Positions 27,501 through 38,039 of a stretch of 64,000 bases of DNA are shown one piece after another. Position 1 is the stretch's first letter, and each line of letters opens with the position of its first letter. The notes below the pieces were generated by a model, which worked only from the letters and a program-made list of their open reading frames with translations, did not search any database and had not been told where the DNA came from. The position numbers and the translations under genes are program-made. The DNA is taken from assembly GCA_051294375.1 (NCBI GenBank), contig CM119268.1, positions 8,365,008 to 8,429,007 on the forward strand, in the 5' to 3' direction. Origin of the DNA: Paraspadella gotoi (Eukaryota; Animalia; Chaetognatha).

Positions 27501-30500
27501 CATCTCTGTAATTGCGACGATCCTTATGCTTTAAGATTTTTTCAACTTGCATAATTTTTGGAAATTGCATCATTTTTTTACATTAATTAAAACATTTATT
27601 AGTAATCATAAATAATAAAGATTCAAGTAAATGTGACTCATATTTTTTTCATTTAAACTCATTTCCACTCGTACCGAAACTTTATATCAAGCTTCATCAC
27701 ACACTTTCCTACCCACACACGAAATTTGTACTCAATCTATCCATCCAATTATGATTAATTAGAGTATTTATTGGTTAAAATAAGTAAAAAGATTTTAGTA
27801 AATGCGACTTATGTTTTTTCCATTTAAACTCATTTCCACTCACACGATTCCATCGAAACTTTTTATCCAGCTTTATCGCACACTTTCCTACCCACACACA
27901 AAATTTCATTCCAATCCAACCGGGTAATCACGAGTTATTGCAGCTTTTGGCTAAGGTGGGACGGATGGACGGATTGATTGACTGATTAATCAATTATTGA
28001 TTAATTAATTGACTAATTGATTAATTAACTGATTAATTATTTAATTTATTAATACATCCTGCATATACATTTAATATAAAAAGAAAAAGAAGTATAATCA
28101 ATTTGTGAAACAGGTTTTTTGTTTTTTTCCATTTAAACTCATTTCCACTCAAACGATTCCATCGAAACTTGATTTCCTGTTCAATCACACACTTTCCTAC
28201 CCACATACAAAATTCCAGGTCAATCGCCGCATTCACTCATGAGCAATTGGTGTTCAAATAGTGAAATATATTTTTTTGTTTTTTCCATTTAAACTCATTT
28301 TCACTCGGACGATTCTATCGAAACTTCATATCCAGCTCAATAACACACTACCCTACCCACACGCAAAATTTTATTCAAATCCATCCATCCAATCACGAGT
28401 AATTGGTGTTTTTTGCATAATTTATCATAATTCGATGTTCTGACATGATATAAGTTAGTGCCCTACAATATTGAGGGGGCGGACCGACAGACCGACAAAG
28501 TGAATTATAGAGTCGGGATCTGCTGATAAGCAGATCTCGACGTATTATCCCATATTTATACATAGAAAATGTCAAAATTTTAAAATGTTTCTTCTTATTT
28601 TTTTGAAGGCAAATTCGAATTCATCACGAAAAGTTGACAAAAGGAAATATAACTTTAGAAAATTATTTCATTACAGGGGTCAAAACATAAAAAACTGTTA
28701 TAGCTATTAGCTAATCTATAATTAAATTTTATTAAAAAAATATATTTTTTTTAATTTTTAGCTAACTTATGAAAAAAATTTTGATTAAGACTTATATTTT
28801 CTTTTATCAACTTTTTATGAGGAATTCGAAGTGCTTTATTCTAGTATATAGAGTATTTTCCTAAATTATGAAATTGTTATAACCTTTTTACTAGTTATTT
28901 TAAGGGGGCAGCGAGGTTTCCAAGGCAATTTATTGCCCAAATTGCCCAAATTATGGTTTGCATTTTAAGTAAATTTTTGTTTTAATTGTTTCCCCACCCA
29001 AGTATTCATCTGGGTCCTAATTAGCCTAAGTGATACTAAACTTACTTCCTCACTAGTTTGAAGACAAGCCGGTTGGACGTATTTGTTGAGTTTACTAGTT
29101 TCAACAGTTAGGACAGCCATGCCTCCATCGCTGTACAGGTCCGAATAATTATGGTGAACATAAACATTTAGTACCCTTAACATTTGTCGAGAGCATTCAT
29201 CACGATAAAAATCACGATATATTGTTCCAGCGATAACATAAAAATTTTTTCTCAACTCCCCATTCTTAAAAACGCACGAAGCTGAAGTGACAGCATGATT
29301 TGGGCTTATGAGTGTTGCTCCACAACGTTCATCTAAAGACAAAGATACAGGGATATTGACGAATTGATTTTTTTTTTCATTCAGAATCATTTGGTAGGAA
29401 AGGGATCATTAAGGAGATTTTTCTAATTCGCCTTGATAACCTTAATTATTTTGCTAAAAACACTGGAATAAAAACACTAAGTTAATAAAACAAATGATTG
29501 GAGTTATGTAAGGGAGGAACTGTAGTATTTAGAAAAAAATCTAACCAAAAAGTTTAAGCGAAAAAAAAAATAGAAATAACTCGATTTTGGTAGATTATCA
29601 ATATATATTGTCACAAATTTCTTTAATTTCTAAAATAAGTTTTTAAAAATATTTATTTAATCCTTACAATATTTAATAAACAAATTTTCAGATTAAAAAT
29701 TTTAAAATGAGAGCAGCAATGAAAATGGCAATTAAAATACTATTCATAAATTTCATATTTCACATGATCCGTTATAGATTTAAAAGCTAATTTTTTAAAT
29801 ATAGCTCACCAATCAAAGTATACCATGGGTATTGCCCATGAATGCTATACGTGGTTGCGATATTAACAGAATCTGGATAATCTCTCAGGCCACAAGTGTT
29901 ATTGAATAGATTTACATCAATTTTTTCACAATTTGGAAAAATCTTTGGTCGATCTATTTCGATTACTAAGTCCATCCAAGGTTTGAATCTACTAATGCTT
30001 ATGATCCTGAAGTCATAAAAATTTTCTCCATTAAGCAAACCATAAAGAACAGGGGGATTTGTTGTAAAGTCTACAGCTGCCCCTCCTGTATCCTCAATAA
30101 GAGCATAGTTTGATCTAAAGTCAATACAAATAGCTTCTGTCATATATGGACAAGCGGACATGGATTCATTAAGGATTGTCCTTTTTCTTAACATGTAAGA
30201 TATATCGTCGGCAATGTTGAAACCAGCCAGAGTAAGAGAGGTATTTCGAGATGTTTTGTGGTAACATATGGGTTGTAAAAAATCATTTAGTTCAAAAGGC
30301 TCAACAGTCAACAGCTGTAACTCATAACCATTATAAAATATATTTCTTCTCTGTAATATTTGTCTCTTTTGCCGTGTACATTCGTCATTTTTAATGTCTT
30401 TTGAAATATGTCCTGCATAAACGTGTGTATAATAATAATAATAATACCTCGAATATGGCGATGTGGTCAGAATATGAGACTTATCAATCAAGACGCCTGA

Positions 30501-33500
30501 TTGAACTTGATTAAAATATTCAAAAATAGATACATGCCAAGGAAATTCTCCTCGATTAGCAAAGCCGGTCAAAATCGTCTCATTTTTAAGAGTTAAGTTC
30601 AGCGTATCATTCTTTCGAAACTTATAACTTTCAATATCGCACGTTTTATTGTAAGTTATGCCCTCCTTGGCTTGTTTACATTCCTCAGCAGTTGGTAAAA
30701 ATAACTCGGGGTTATCTATCCGTTGTTTCAGCCAAGGAAGAAAGAAAGCAACCGATGTGTAAAAACCTAAAGAGCCACAAAAGTCTCCCCCAGGAGTAGT
30801 GACCGCTGCTCCCGACGTGATTCCCAGTAAGGTTGCAGTATTTCCTTCAATTGTAACCAAAGGGCCTCCACTATCACCGTAGCAGGGCCCTTTACCTAGT
30901 TCTTTGTGTTTTATACATATTTTTCCCGTTGCGTTTCTCCCTGGTGTTTCATTCCTGCATCTTTGGTCCTCATAGATATCGACTTCTACATCCTGAAGTA
31001 CATCTGGTATTCCCGAATCATATATGTTATAATAATAGCGAGGATAATGCGTCCTTCCATATCCTGACACCCAGCCAGTGCTCGGCAATTTCTGTAAAAT
31101 AGGAAAAAACAAGTTTGAGCAAACAATGCCGGATCTGCCCACAATCATAAGCGGTAAGCAGCTGATCAGATAATTAATTAATTAATAAATCAATTATTCG
31201 CGTCAAAATCGTTTTTCAGTTTGTCTCGCCTCTCAATCAAAAAACAACAATCTCGATTACAAAATTATTTAATAAATTAATTAATTACAAAATAATGACT
31301 AATTAATTACTAATTTATCAATAATTAATTAATGCAGCTTGAAAAATTAAGGTAAATTTAACTTGTTTTTTTCCATTTTAACTCATTTCCACTTGAACGA
31401 TTCCATCGAGATTTGAATTCCTGCTCAACCACACACTTTTCTACCGACATAAAAAATTTCAAGCCAATCGCCCTAAACAATCATGAGTAATTGGCATTCA
31501 AAGATAACGGAGGTCGAATGGACGTCCATCCTTTCTTAGCTTGAAAAGCTAATAACTCATGAGTGGATTGGGCGATTAACTTGAAAGTTTGGGTAAAATC
31601 GATAAAATCGTTGAACTTGAAGTGAAAAAGAGTTTAGGTGGGAAAAACATAAATTACAGTTAACTATTTTTTTTTCTTTTTATGAAATGTAAATACTTGT
31701 TGTAACGACAACTACTACAATAATAACAAACATTACAACCACAACTACCACCACAACAACCACAACTACAATAACCACCAAAGACCATAACCTTCATAAT
31801 CACAATACTCCATAAACAAAACTATAAATTATAAATATTGTCTCTGATTGTTATGAATTTTATTAAATAAAAAAAGAAATTGCAAGATTAATCACAACTT
31901 ATCGTATGATCCACTGCTTTCCTCTAAATGCCCCCTTCAGTTCAGAATCGGAGTTCTTTACTCGAACTTGATTTAAATAAATATAAAGTGTAAATAAAAT
32001 TTTAAATTTGTCTTAAATCCAACTTGTATATATAATAAATAATGAAAAACATTATACTATTGGGCGAAATGCTATTCGAAGCCGCCTTACCGTATAACGG
32101 AGCAGCGAATATCTCTCGCTCTCTGGCTGGATGACTCAGAGTCAGGATCGGGATCATCAAAAATGACGATGGATTAATTGTTTAGTGTTTAGGTTAGGGA
32201 TAGGGTTAGGTTAGGGTATAGAGATTAGGGTTAGGGATAAGGGTTAGGGATTAGGGTTGTCTTTCCCTACGCAATTTTTATAAAAAATCTTAAAAGCAAA
32301 TATTGATGCGATGATAACCAAATATTGATGCGATGATAACCGAAGGATTGATGCGATGATAACCAAATGATGGATGGCGATGATAGTCATTCATTGATGC
32401 GATGATAGTCCTTCATTGATCGGATGATAATCATTCATTGATGCGATGATAGTCATTCATTGATGCGATGATAGTCATTCATTGATGCGATGCTAGTCAT
32501 TTATTGACGTGATGAGTTAATTAGAGAGAGAGAAAAGAGAGAGAGAGAGAGAGTTGATTGAGAGAGAAATATAGAGAGAATAATAAAATAATAATAAAAG
32601 TTTTTAGAAGGAAAAAAAAATCCACGAAAATCTCGGAAATAAATTTGGGGTTTTGTATTAAGAAAAAAGTGGCGTGATAAAAATAAAATTGTTTTATTAC
32701 AGTGTGATTAAGCATCAATTAACTTTCTATTTTTTTTTTTCAATTGAAATAAGACTGAAGTCTTTTGTTCATCTAGTTCAAAATGAGGTTGAAAACCTTA
32801 TTTTTTTGCATATTATTGAAAATGAATGAGATTGATATTGATTGTTTGAAATGAAAACTCGTCGCTATAAAGCTAAACTATTTTCAATAATAACGGTCAA
32901 AAAAATTATAATCTCTATTAACAAAATATATAGTTGACAATAATCAGTTAACGATTATGATATTTTTGACTTCCAAATATTTTTTTTACTTATTAAAAGA
33001 AATTTTATTTCCTCATCTTAAAAAATTTTAATCTTGAATGAAATTTTAGATTGTTATATTTTTATATTTATATATTATTTATATTAATCCTCGCAATTGC
33101 CGGATATATAGCAGGTATCGCCTACCTGTCACACAAGTTGATGTACATGTGACATTGTCTGCATTATATTTTTCCTTTTTTCTAAAATAAATTCACGAAA
33201 ATCTCGGATGTAAATTTGGGATTTTGTATTGAGAAAAAAAAATGGCGATAATAAGTTTTTAGAAGAAAGAAATAATAAGAATTTTCAAAAAACGAACGAT
33301 CGTACAGAGAGAGAGACAGAAAGACAGAGAGAGAGAGAGAGAGAGAGACAAAGCTGGACAGCTGCTGGAAGGCTGCTGTACAGTCACTGCAGAGCATGAA
33401 CACGTTGCAGAAAAAAAAAAAAAATATATATATATACTACTTATAATTTAAAGAAATAAAAGAAAGGCAAAAATATGTTACAATTGTTTACAATTGGAAA

Positions 33501-34454
33501 TTTTTCCAATTTTTTTTCAAACGCAGCTTGTAAAAGATTTTATTTTTATTTGTATTAAAATTAAGATATAGCTTCTCATTAAAAAGTTCCTTTGAGTTCC
33601 CATTTTTATTATAGATTTAAAAAATTTTTTTTGAATTTCATCTTCAATATTATATACTGCAATATGTAAATTTCTATATACTAATTTGGATACTATAATG
33701 AGTACTATAATCTCATTTGCATATTGCAGTAAATCAAAATGAAGTGGAAATTCAAACAAAAAAATACTTAAATCCAAATGTAATAAGAAAATATCAGAGC
33801 TATTTCAAGATGAGAAGCCATATCTAAATTTTTAACTTACTATGATCGCACACTTTTATAAAACTTCATCGTAATATATAATAATTTTTATTTAAAAAAA
33901 ACGGTAAGTCCAGCCAAAACTATAAAAGCGTAGTAGTTTTTATACAAAAAAGCGTGACGCGCCGACGACGACGACGACGACGTCACAAAGAAGCTGACCT
34001 GAATCAATATCGAGCCTGTCATGGCTCGATAAAAAAAATTCAGGTTTTTTGTCATGGCTCGATAAAAAAAATTCAGGTTTGCTGGGTGACTCTACTCGGT
34101 CAGGATCGGGATCGGCAGAAACGACGACGATAATTTGAACAATAGAGGAAGCAGTTGCGACGGTGAGAGCAACGACGAAGGGAGTGACGCATAAAGCGAC
34201 AATGAAAGCAGCAAAAGGGAAGAGTTTTGTGCGTATGTTTGAGTTCGCTGCTTCATAAGCCGCAGCAAGGGGGCTTCGATGGAAAAAAGTGCCCGCCCGG
34301 ACCAACTTGACCTTACGGTCTCCTCGGCCCTATTGCTTTGTCCGGTCAATCTAAGGTCATTGCCAAAGCTAGGGCAAAGTGACCGTGTGGATTGATCGGC
34401 TTGGAGAAAGAGGAGAGAGGAAGGGTTTAGAGTGAGAGACTGGTGGTAAGTCGC

Positions 34455-34537
<83 letters not shown>

Positions 34538-37500
34538 CATTTCAACTAGTAAATTTTCATTTTGATTTGCAAAATAAAGATTCGACTTGCAAAATGTCAT
34601 TTTAACTTACAAAATATCATTTTGACTTCAAAAATGTTAAGAATTGCAAACTATAAATTAGTATAATTTAGATTTGTGAAAATTACGGTATATCAGTTCA
34701 TTTATAATCCTTGAAAGCTGTACCTGGTTAATAGTTGGAAGACACGCTGCTTGTATATAAACATTTAGATCAAATTTTTCTACTTTCAACAGTGCAATGT
34801 CGCCGGTTATATCATAGTCCCCATAAAAATCAGGGTGAGGAATTGCGTCCAAGACTTTTCTTTTTTGGCGCGAACATTCATCGTATCTTATGTCAGTGTA
34901 CATGTGGCCTGCATACACATATAAATCAGTTGAAAGTGGTCCATAAGACCCCGGAATGCAATGAGCCGCAGTTAATACAAGAGTTTCGCTAATTATTACA
35001 GCACCACATATAATTGAGCCATCGCCTGAAAGAAAAAAATTTAAATAATTCTTCGTCGGATAACATATTGACCTTTTAGAAAAAGTTCATCAGCAATATC
35101 CACATGATAAGAAGTATTTTTTTCCGGTCAAGACTGAAATAATGTACCTACGGCTAAGGAGGCCTGCCAGGGATATTGGCCATATTTGGCTTCTCGTCCT
35201 CCAATTATTCTTGGTGCAATATAACTTCGTTGGCCACAGCTTCCATTGAAGGGGTTGTATTTTAGGAAATCGCAGTTGGGTATGCCTATTGCCTCTTCTA
35301 TATGAATTGTTTTGTCGATATGGTCATTAAATTGACTGATATCTACAGCAGATATGTTATGAAAAAGTTGTGGGAAAGTAAATCCCACGAAAGAAGGTGG
35401 ATCACTTTGAAAGTTGATCATCTCTCCAAAATCGTCGAAGTTGTGGTTAAATGGTACAGTGGAACAGATGAATTTAGGGGTAAATGGCTCGAAAAAGTTG
35501 AAAGAGTGTAAAGTGTTACAATTGTCAATGAAGCGTTCACTGGTAATGGATAATTTTTGCAAGAATGAAGACCTTTCCTTGAGGATTTGATAACCGGCTA
35601 CAACAGCTTCATTCAATATGACTGAAGAATTTCTACAAATCGGATTCACGAACGCATTCAACTCAAAGGGCTCTGTTGTTAATAAGGTCACTAATCCGCC
35701 TATGCTGAGGATTCTTAGGACCTTTCTTCTCTGACGAGTGCAGTCATCCCCGAACACGTTACTTGAAACTGTGCCAGCGTAAGCATACGTGACTTTTCCC
35801 CGAAAAATATAGCCTTCTATCAGCATATGTCTATCGTCAATCAACACGCCTGTATACATTAGGCCGTCAACGATCACTGTTGCATGCCAAGGAAATTCAC
35901 CCCTTGTTGCATAATCTAAGGAGTGGTTCTTGTTCAGAGGTGAAATATAACTTCCTGGTTCGCAGACTGAGGAGTTAAAGGCGGAATTATTGACGCGCTG
36001 ACATTCTGCTTCTGACAATAAAGGAGGTGAGGCTAGTATCTTTTTGATCCATGGACAATAGTAAGATAGGAAGTTGTAAATAACGGGACCTCCGCATTCA
36101 GAACCATTTAGCCTATTATATGAACCGATCACCGTCATGACACCGTCTTTAACGATATATAAAGGGCTGGCATAGTCGCCATAACACGCTCCTTTTTCGC
36201 CATCCTTGTGGATGACGCAGATTTGGGATTTTGTTGATCGACCTAATGGAAGAAGCACAATACAAACAATTTTCTCTTTTTGTCACATACTTTCTATAAA
36301 AAAAATCTATAAAATTTGATTAAAAATAAGAAATATACAAATTAAGTCTCTTGAAGTTGTATTCACATGCTTTTAAGTAAAATTATTGTATAAATTTCCT
36401 ATCTGAAATTTTTGTTTTTGTTTAAATAAATGATTAAACTTCAATATTAAAACCAGCAGAGAAATTAAATGGGATACCGAGAAAGCAACAAACCATACTA
36501 TAGAATACATGGAAAAAAAATAAATATAAACCTACATCTTTCATCATCCAAAAAATCCACTTCCAATGCCTGGAGCTCAGTGTTGTTGGAATCAATTAAA
36601 AAGCCAAAAGAGTTATTTGCTTTTTCCAAAGGTCCAAAGCCGGCAATCCATCCATTACGAGGGAGCTGAATTGATATTTTTGTTTTATAAAAAAGAATAC
36701 AATTTTTGAACCATTGATTTTACCCCTGGATAAAACTATATATCTTGCAATAGAGGATTAGTTAGAAATCTCTCTATTTATGAGTCTGAAAGGAATGTAT
36801 TTAAGATTGTTTTGGGCTCTGATTTGCACAGATTATGAAGATTTCAAGACCCAAGCGGTAAACATTTCGATTGTACATTGTTAAATTAATTTTTTGTAAT
36901 TTTTCACATGCTCAACTGTTCGTTCACACTTACGTCTGCTAAAGTGAGATTGCATTCGGGTAGACAGGCCCGTTGCACAAAATCTGTGAAATCGAAAGGC
37001 TCGACGACGAGAATGGCGACGTCGTGATAGATGCGCAAAATATTTTCATAGTAATCGTATTCTGTGCGAAATTCCGGGTGAACATAGACGCCCAGGACCT
37101 TCCGCTCCTGACGAGAACATTCGTCGGCCGTGACATTCCGTAATATATTTCCGGCGTAGACTCTCGCGTGAGCAAAATTGTTCCTGGAATATTAAGACTT
37201 GTTTTTGTTTTTATTTTTGGTGTGTGGTTTTTTTTTTTTTTTTTTTAAATTTCTGCGCTACTTCTCAGTTTAAACACGTTAGTTACTAAAACCTTTGGGA
37301 CAAAACCTTATGGGTACTTACACGTCCAATAGAATAGGACAGGACGCCCCAGTGAGCACGAACTGTCGATCGATGATTGTCCCGCCACATTGATTGCCTG
37401 ACTCAATAAAAGAAAAAAAACAATTACAACACTTTTCGTCTAATTTAATTGAATTAGTAGGCTGGGACTATTGAGAATTTTTTAAATCGAATTTTCTCTT

Positions 37501-38039
37501 AAGACTTATAACAAATTTTGAAAATGTAGGCGCCATATTTAAAAAGCTAGCAGATAAGTTGGCAGAAACTGACAATGGAATTTTTTTTTTTTTCCCCACT
37601 TTTCTTTAAGATTTTCAACGAAGTCGATCTCGCCTTTTTTTTATTTGGGGGGGGGGGATTGTTACTTTTCCCTCCCACGCGACAGACTTTATGCCTCCGA
37701 GTCGAAATCAAAATAAAAGTCCTAAATTCAGTCATAACATATATTAACATAATTCCACCGACTCGACACGAGTTAAACACCTCGATCGACCCCCTCACCG
37801 TCGTCGTCGATGAAGAGGGCGTTGGAGGGAAATTCCCCCGGCATCGCCGCCCGTCCGCCGACGATTCTGGCTCGGGGAAAGACGCGGCGCCCGCAGCTGC
37901 CGGCGCCGAACGGATCGGAGAAAGCGTCGCAGACGAGGCCGGAGTCCTGCGCCAGCGTCGTCGCCGCTTGAAGGAGCAAAAGCAGCAGCAGCGCTGCGGG
38001 CTGCTGTTGCCGAGTCCACGTTCCGCCGAATCGAGTCAT
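20883..38039 (-). CDS. Multi-domain S1 serine protease/pseudoprotease polyprotein (10 trypsin-fold domains; signal peptide; C-terminal hydrophobic anchor), 13 exons, 2624 aa
   Basis: Exons 38039-37799, 37397-37322, 37183-36934, 36665-36536, 36242-35148, 35025-34724, 31091-29810, 29332-29046, 27105-25944, 24943-24690, 24363-23121, 22776-22490, 22148-20883. All introns are GT-AG, the phases are consistent throughout, and the exons total 7875 nt. Motifs seen: RIVGG/RIIGG, GxFPW, CGG/CGA, TAAHC-like, DIALL-like and GDSGGP-like, repeated five times. Confidence 0.85.
23121..24943 (-). CDS. Polyprotease exons 10-11: inactive A4 (TAPNC, DIALL, GDEGGP) and B4
   Basis: ORFs 24675..24920 and 23089..24321, with splice sites at 24943/24690 and 24363/23121. 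Confidence 0.85.
25090..25606 (-). mobile_element. HINE-like element, 3'-truncated copy (protease intron 9)
   Basis: Reverse complement of the 5' palindrome (25569-25603), (GACA/GGAC)n and internal tandem units matching 16294-16760. Confidence 0.7.
25944..29332 (-). CDS. Polyprotease exons 8-9: inactive A3 (TSASC, GGMAVL, GEGGSP) and B3
   Basis: ORFs 28965..29390 and 25912..27087, with splice sites at 29332/29046 and 27105/25944. Confidence 0.85.
27406..27478 (+). other. tRNA-like sequence (pseudo-tRNA or SINE head)
   Basis: Acceptor-like stem GCGGCTA/TGGCCGC, T-arm CTGGG-GTTCTTG-CCCGG and an A-box-like TGGTGCCGGAGG. The D and anticodon stems are imperfect (loop CTCCCAA). Confidence 0.4.
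27620..28543 (-). mobile_element. HINE-like element(s): one copy plus an adjoining partial copy with extra internal tandem units (protease intron 8)
   Basis: 5' palindrome at ~28510-28541 and several copies of the CATTTAAACTCATTTCCACTC...CACACTTTCCTACCCACA unit. Confidence 0.68.
29810..35025 (-). CDS. Polyprotease exons 6-7: catalytically intact domain A2 (TAAHC, DIALL, GDSGGP) and degenerate domain B2
   Basis: Exon 35025-34724 encodes ICGAVIISETLVLTAAHC...GDIALLKV. Exon 31091-29810 encodes GWVSGYG...GKGPCYGDSGGPLV and then RGEFPWHV (B2). Confidence 0.87.
31104..31680 (-). mobile_element. Diverged HINE-like element, 3' portion, abutting the acceptor of protease exon 7
   Basis: AACAAGTTTGAGCAAACAATGCCGGATCTGCCC is the reverse complement of the family 3' end; degenerate internal units lie at 31370-31640. 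Confidence 0.65.
32181..32258 (+). repeat. Degenerate telomere-like (TTAGGG)n tract
   Basis: GGTTAGGGATAGGGTTAGGTTAGGG...TTAGGGTTAGGGATAAGGGTTAGGGATTAGGG. Confidence 0.7.
32301..32515 (+). repeat. ~22-bp minisatellite, about 10 copies
   Basis: Unit ATTGATGCGATGATAGTCATTC; the 5' variants end in ...GATAACCAAAT. Confidence 0.85.
34017..34080 (+). repeat. ~33-bp tandem duplication
   Basis: TGTCATGGCTCGATAAAAAAAATTCAGGTTT twice. Confidence 0.8.
35148..37397 (-). CDS. Polyprotease exons 2-5: inactive domain A1 (TGASC, DVAIL, GDYASP), degenerate domain B1, propeptide of A2
   Basis: Manual translation of exons 37397-37322, 37183-36934 and 36665-36536 plus ORF 35128..36258, which ends CGQRSYIAPRIIGGREAKYGQYPWQASL. 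Confidence 0.82.
37799..38039 (-). CDS. Polyprotease exon 1: signal peptide, propeptide and R|IVGG activation site
   Basis: MTRFGG...AALLLLLLLQAATTLAQ (signal-like), then CDAFSDPFGAGSCGRRVFPRARIVGGRAAMPGEFP, followed by a G|GTGAG donor. Confidence 0.85.

Noticed and set aside
32301-32515. Short regularly spaced repeats resembling a CRISPR array (also 60290-60670)
   Set aside because: Head-to-tail units without unique spacers, eukaryotic context and no cas genes.
33940-34349. 121-aa ORF with a hydrophobic stretch inside protease intron 6
   Set aside because: Non-ATG start, contains a 33-bp tandem duplication and (GTC)n, and shows no homology to the protease units; treated as repeat-derived.
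20883-38039. Reading the protease ORFs as a cluster of five separate genes
   Set aside because: Only one signal-peptide exon and one terminal exon were found. Each large exon runs into the next unit's propeptide and ends at a phase-1 donor matching the next acceptor.
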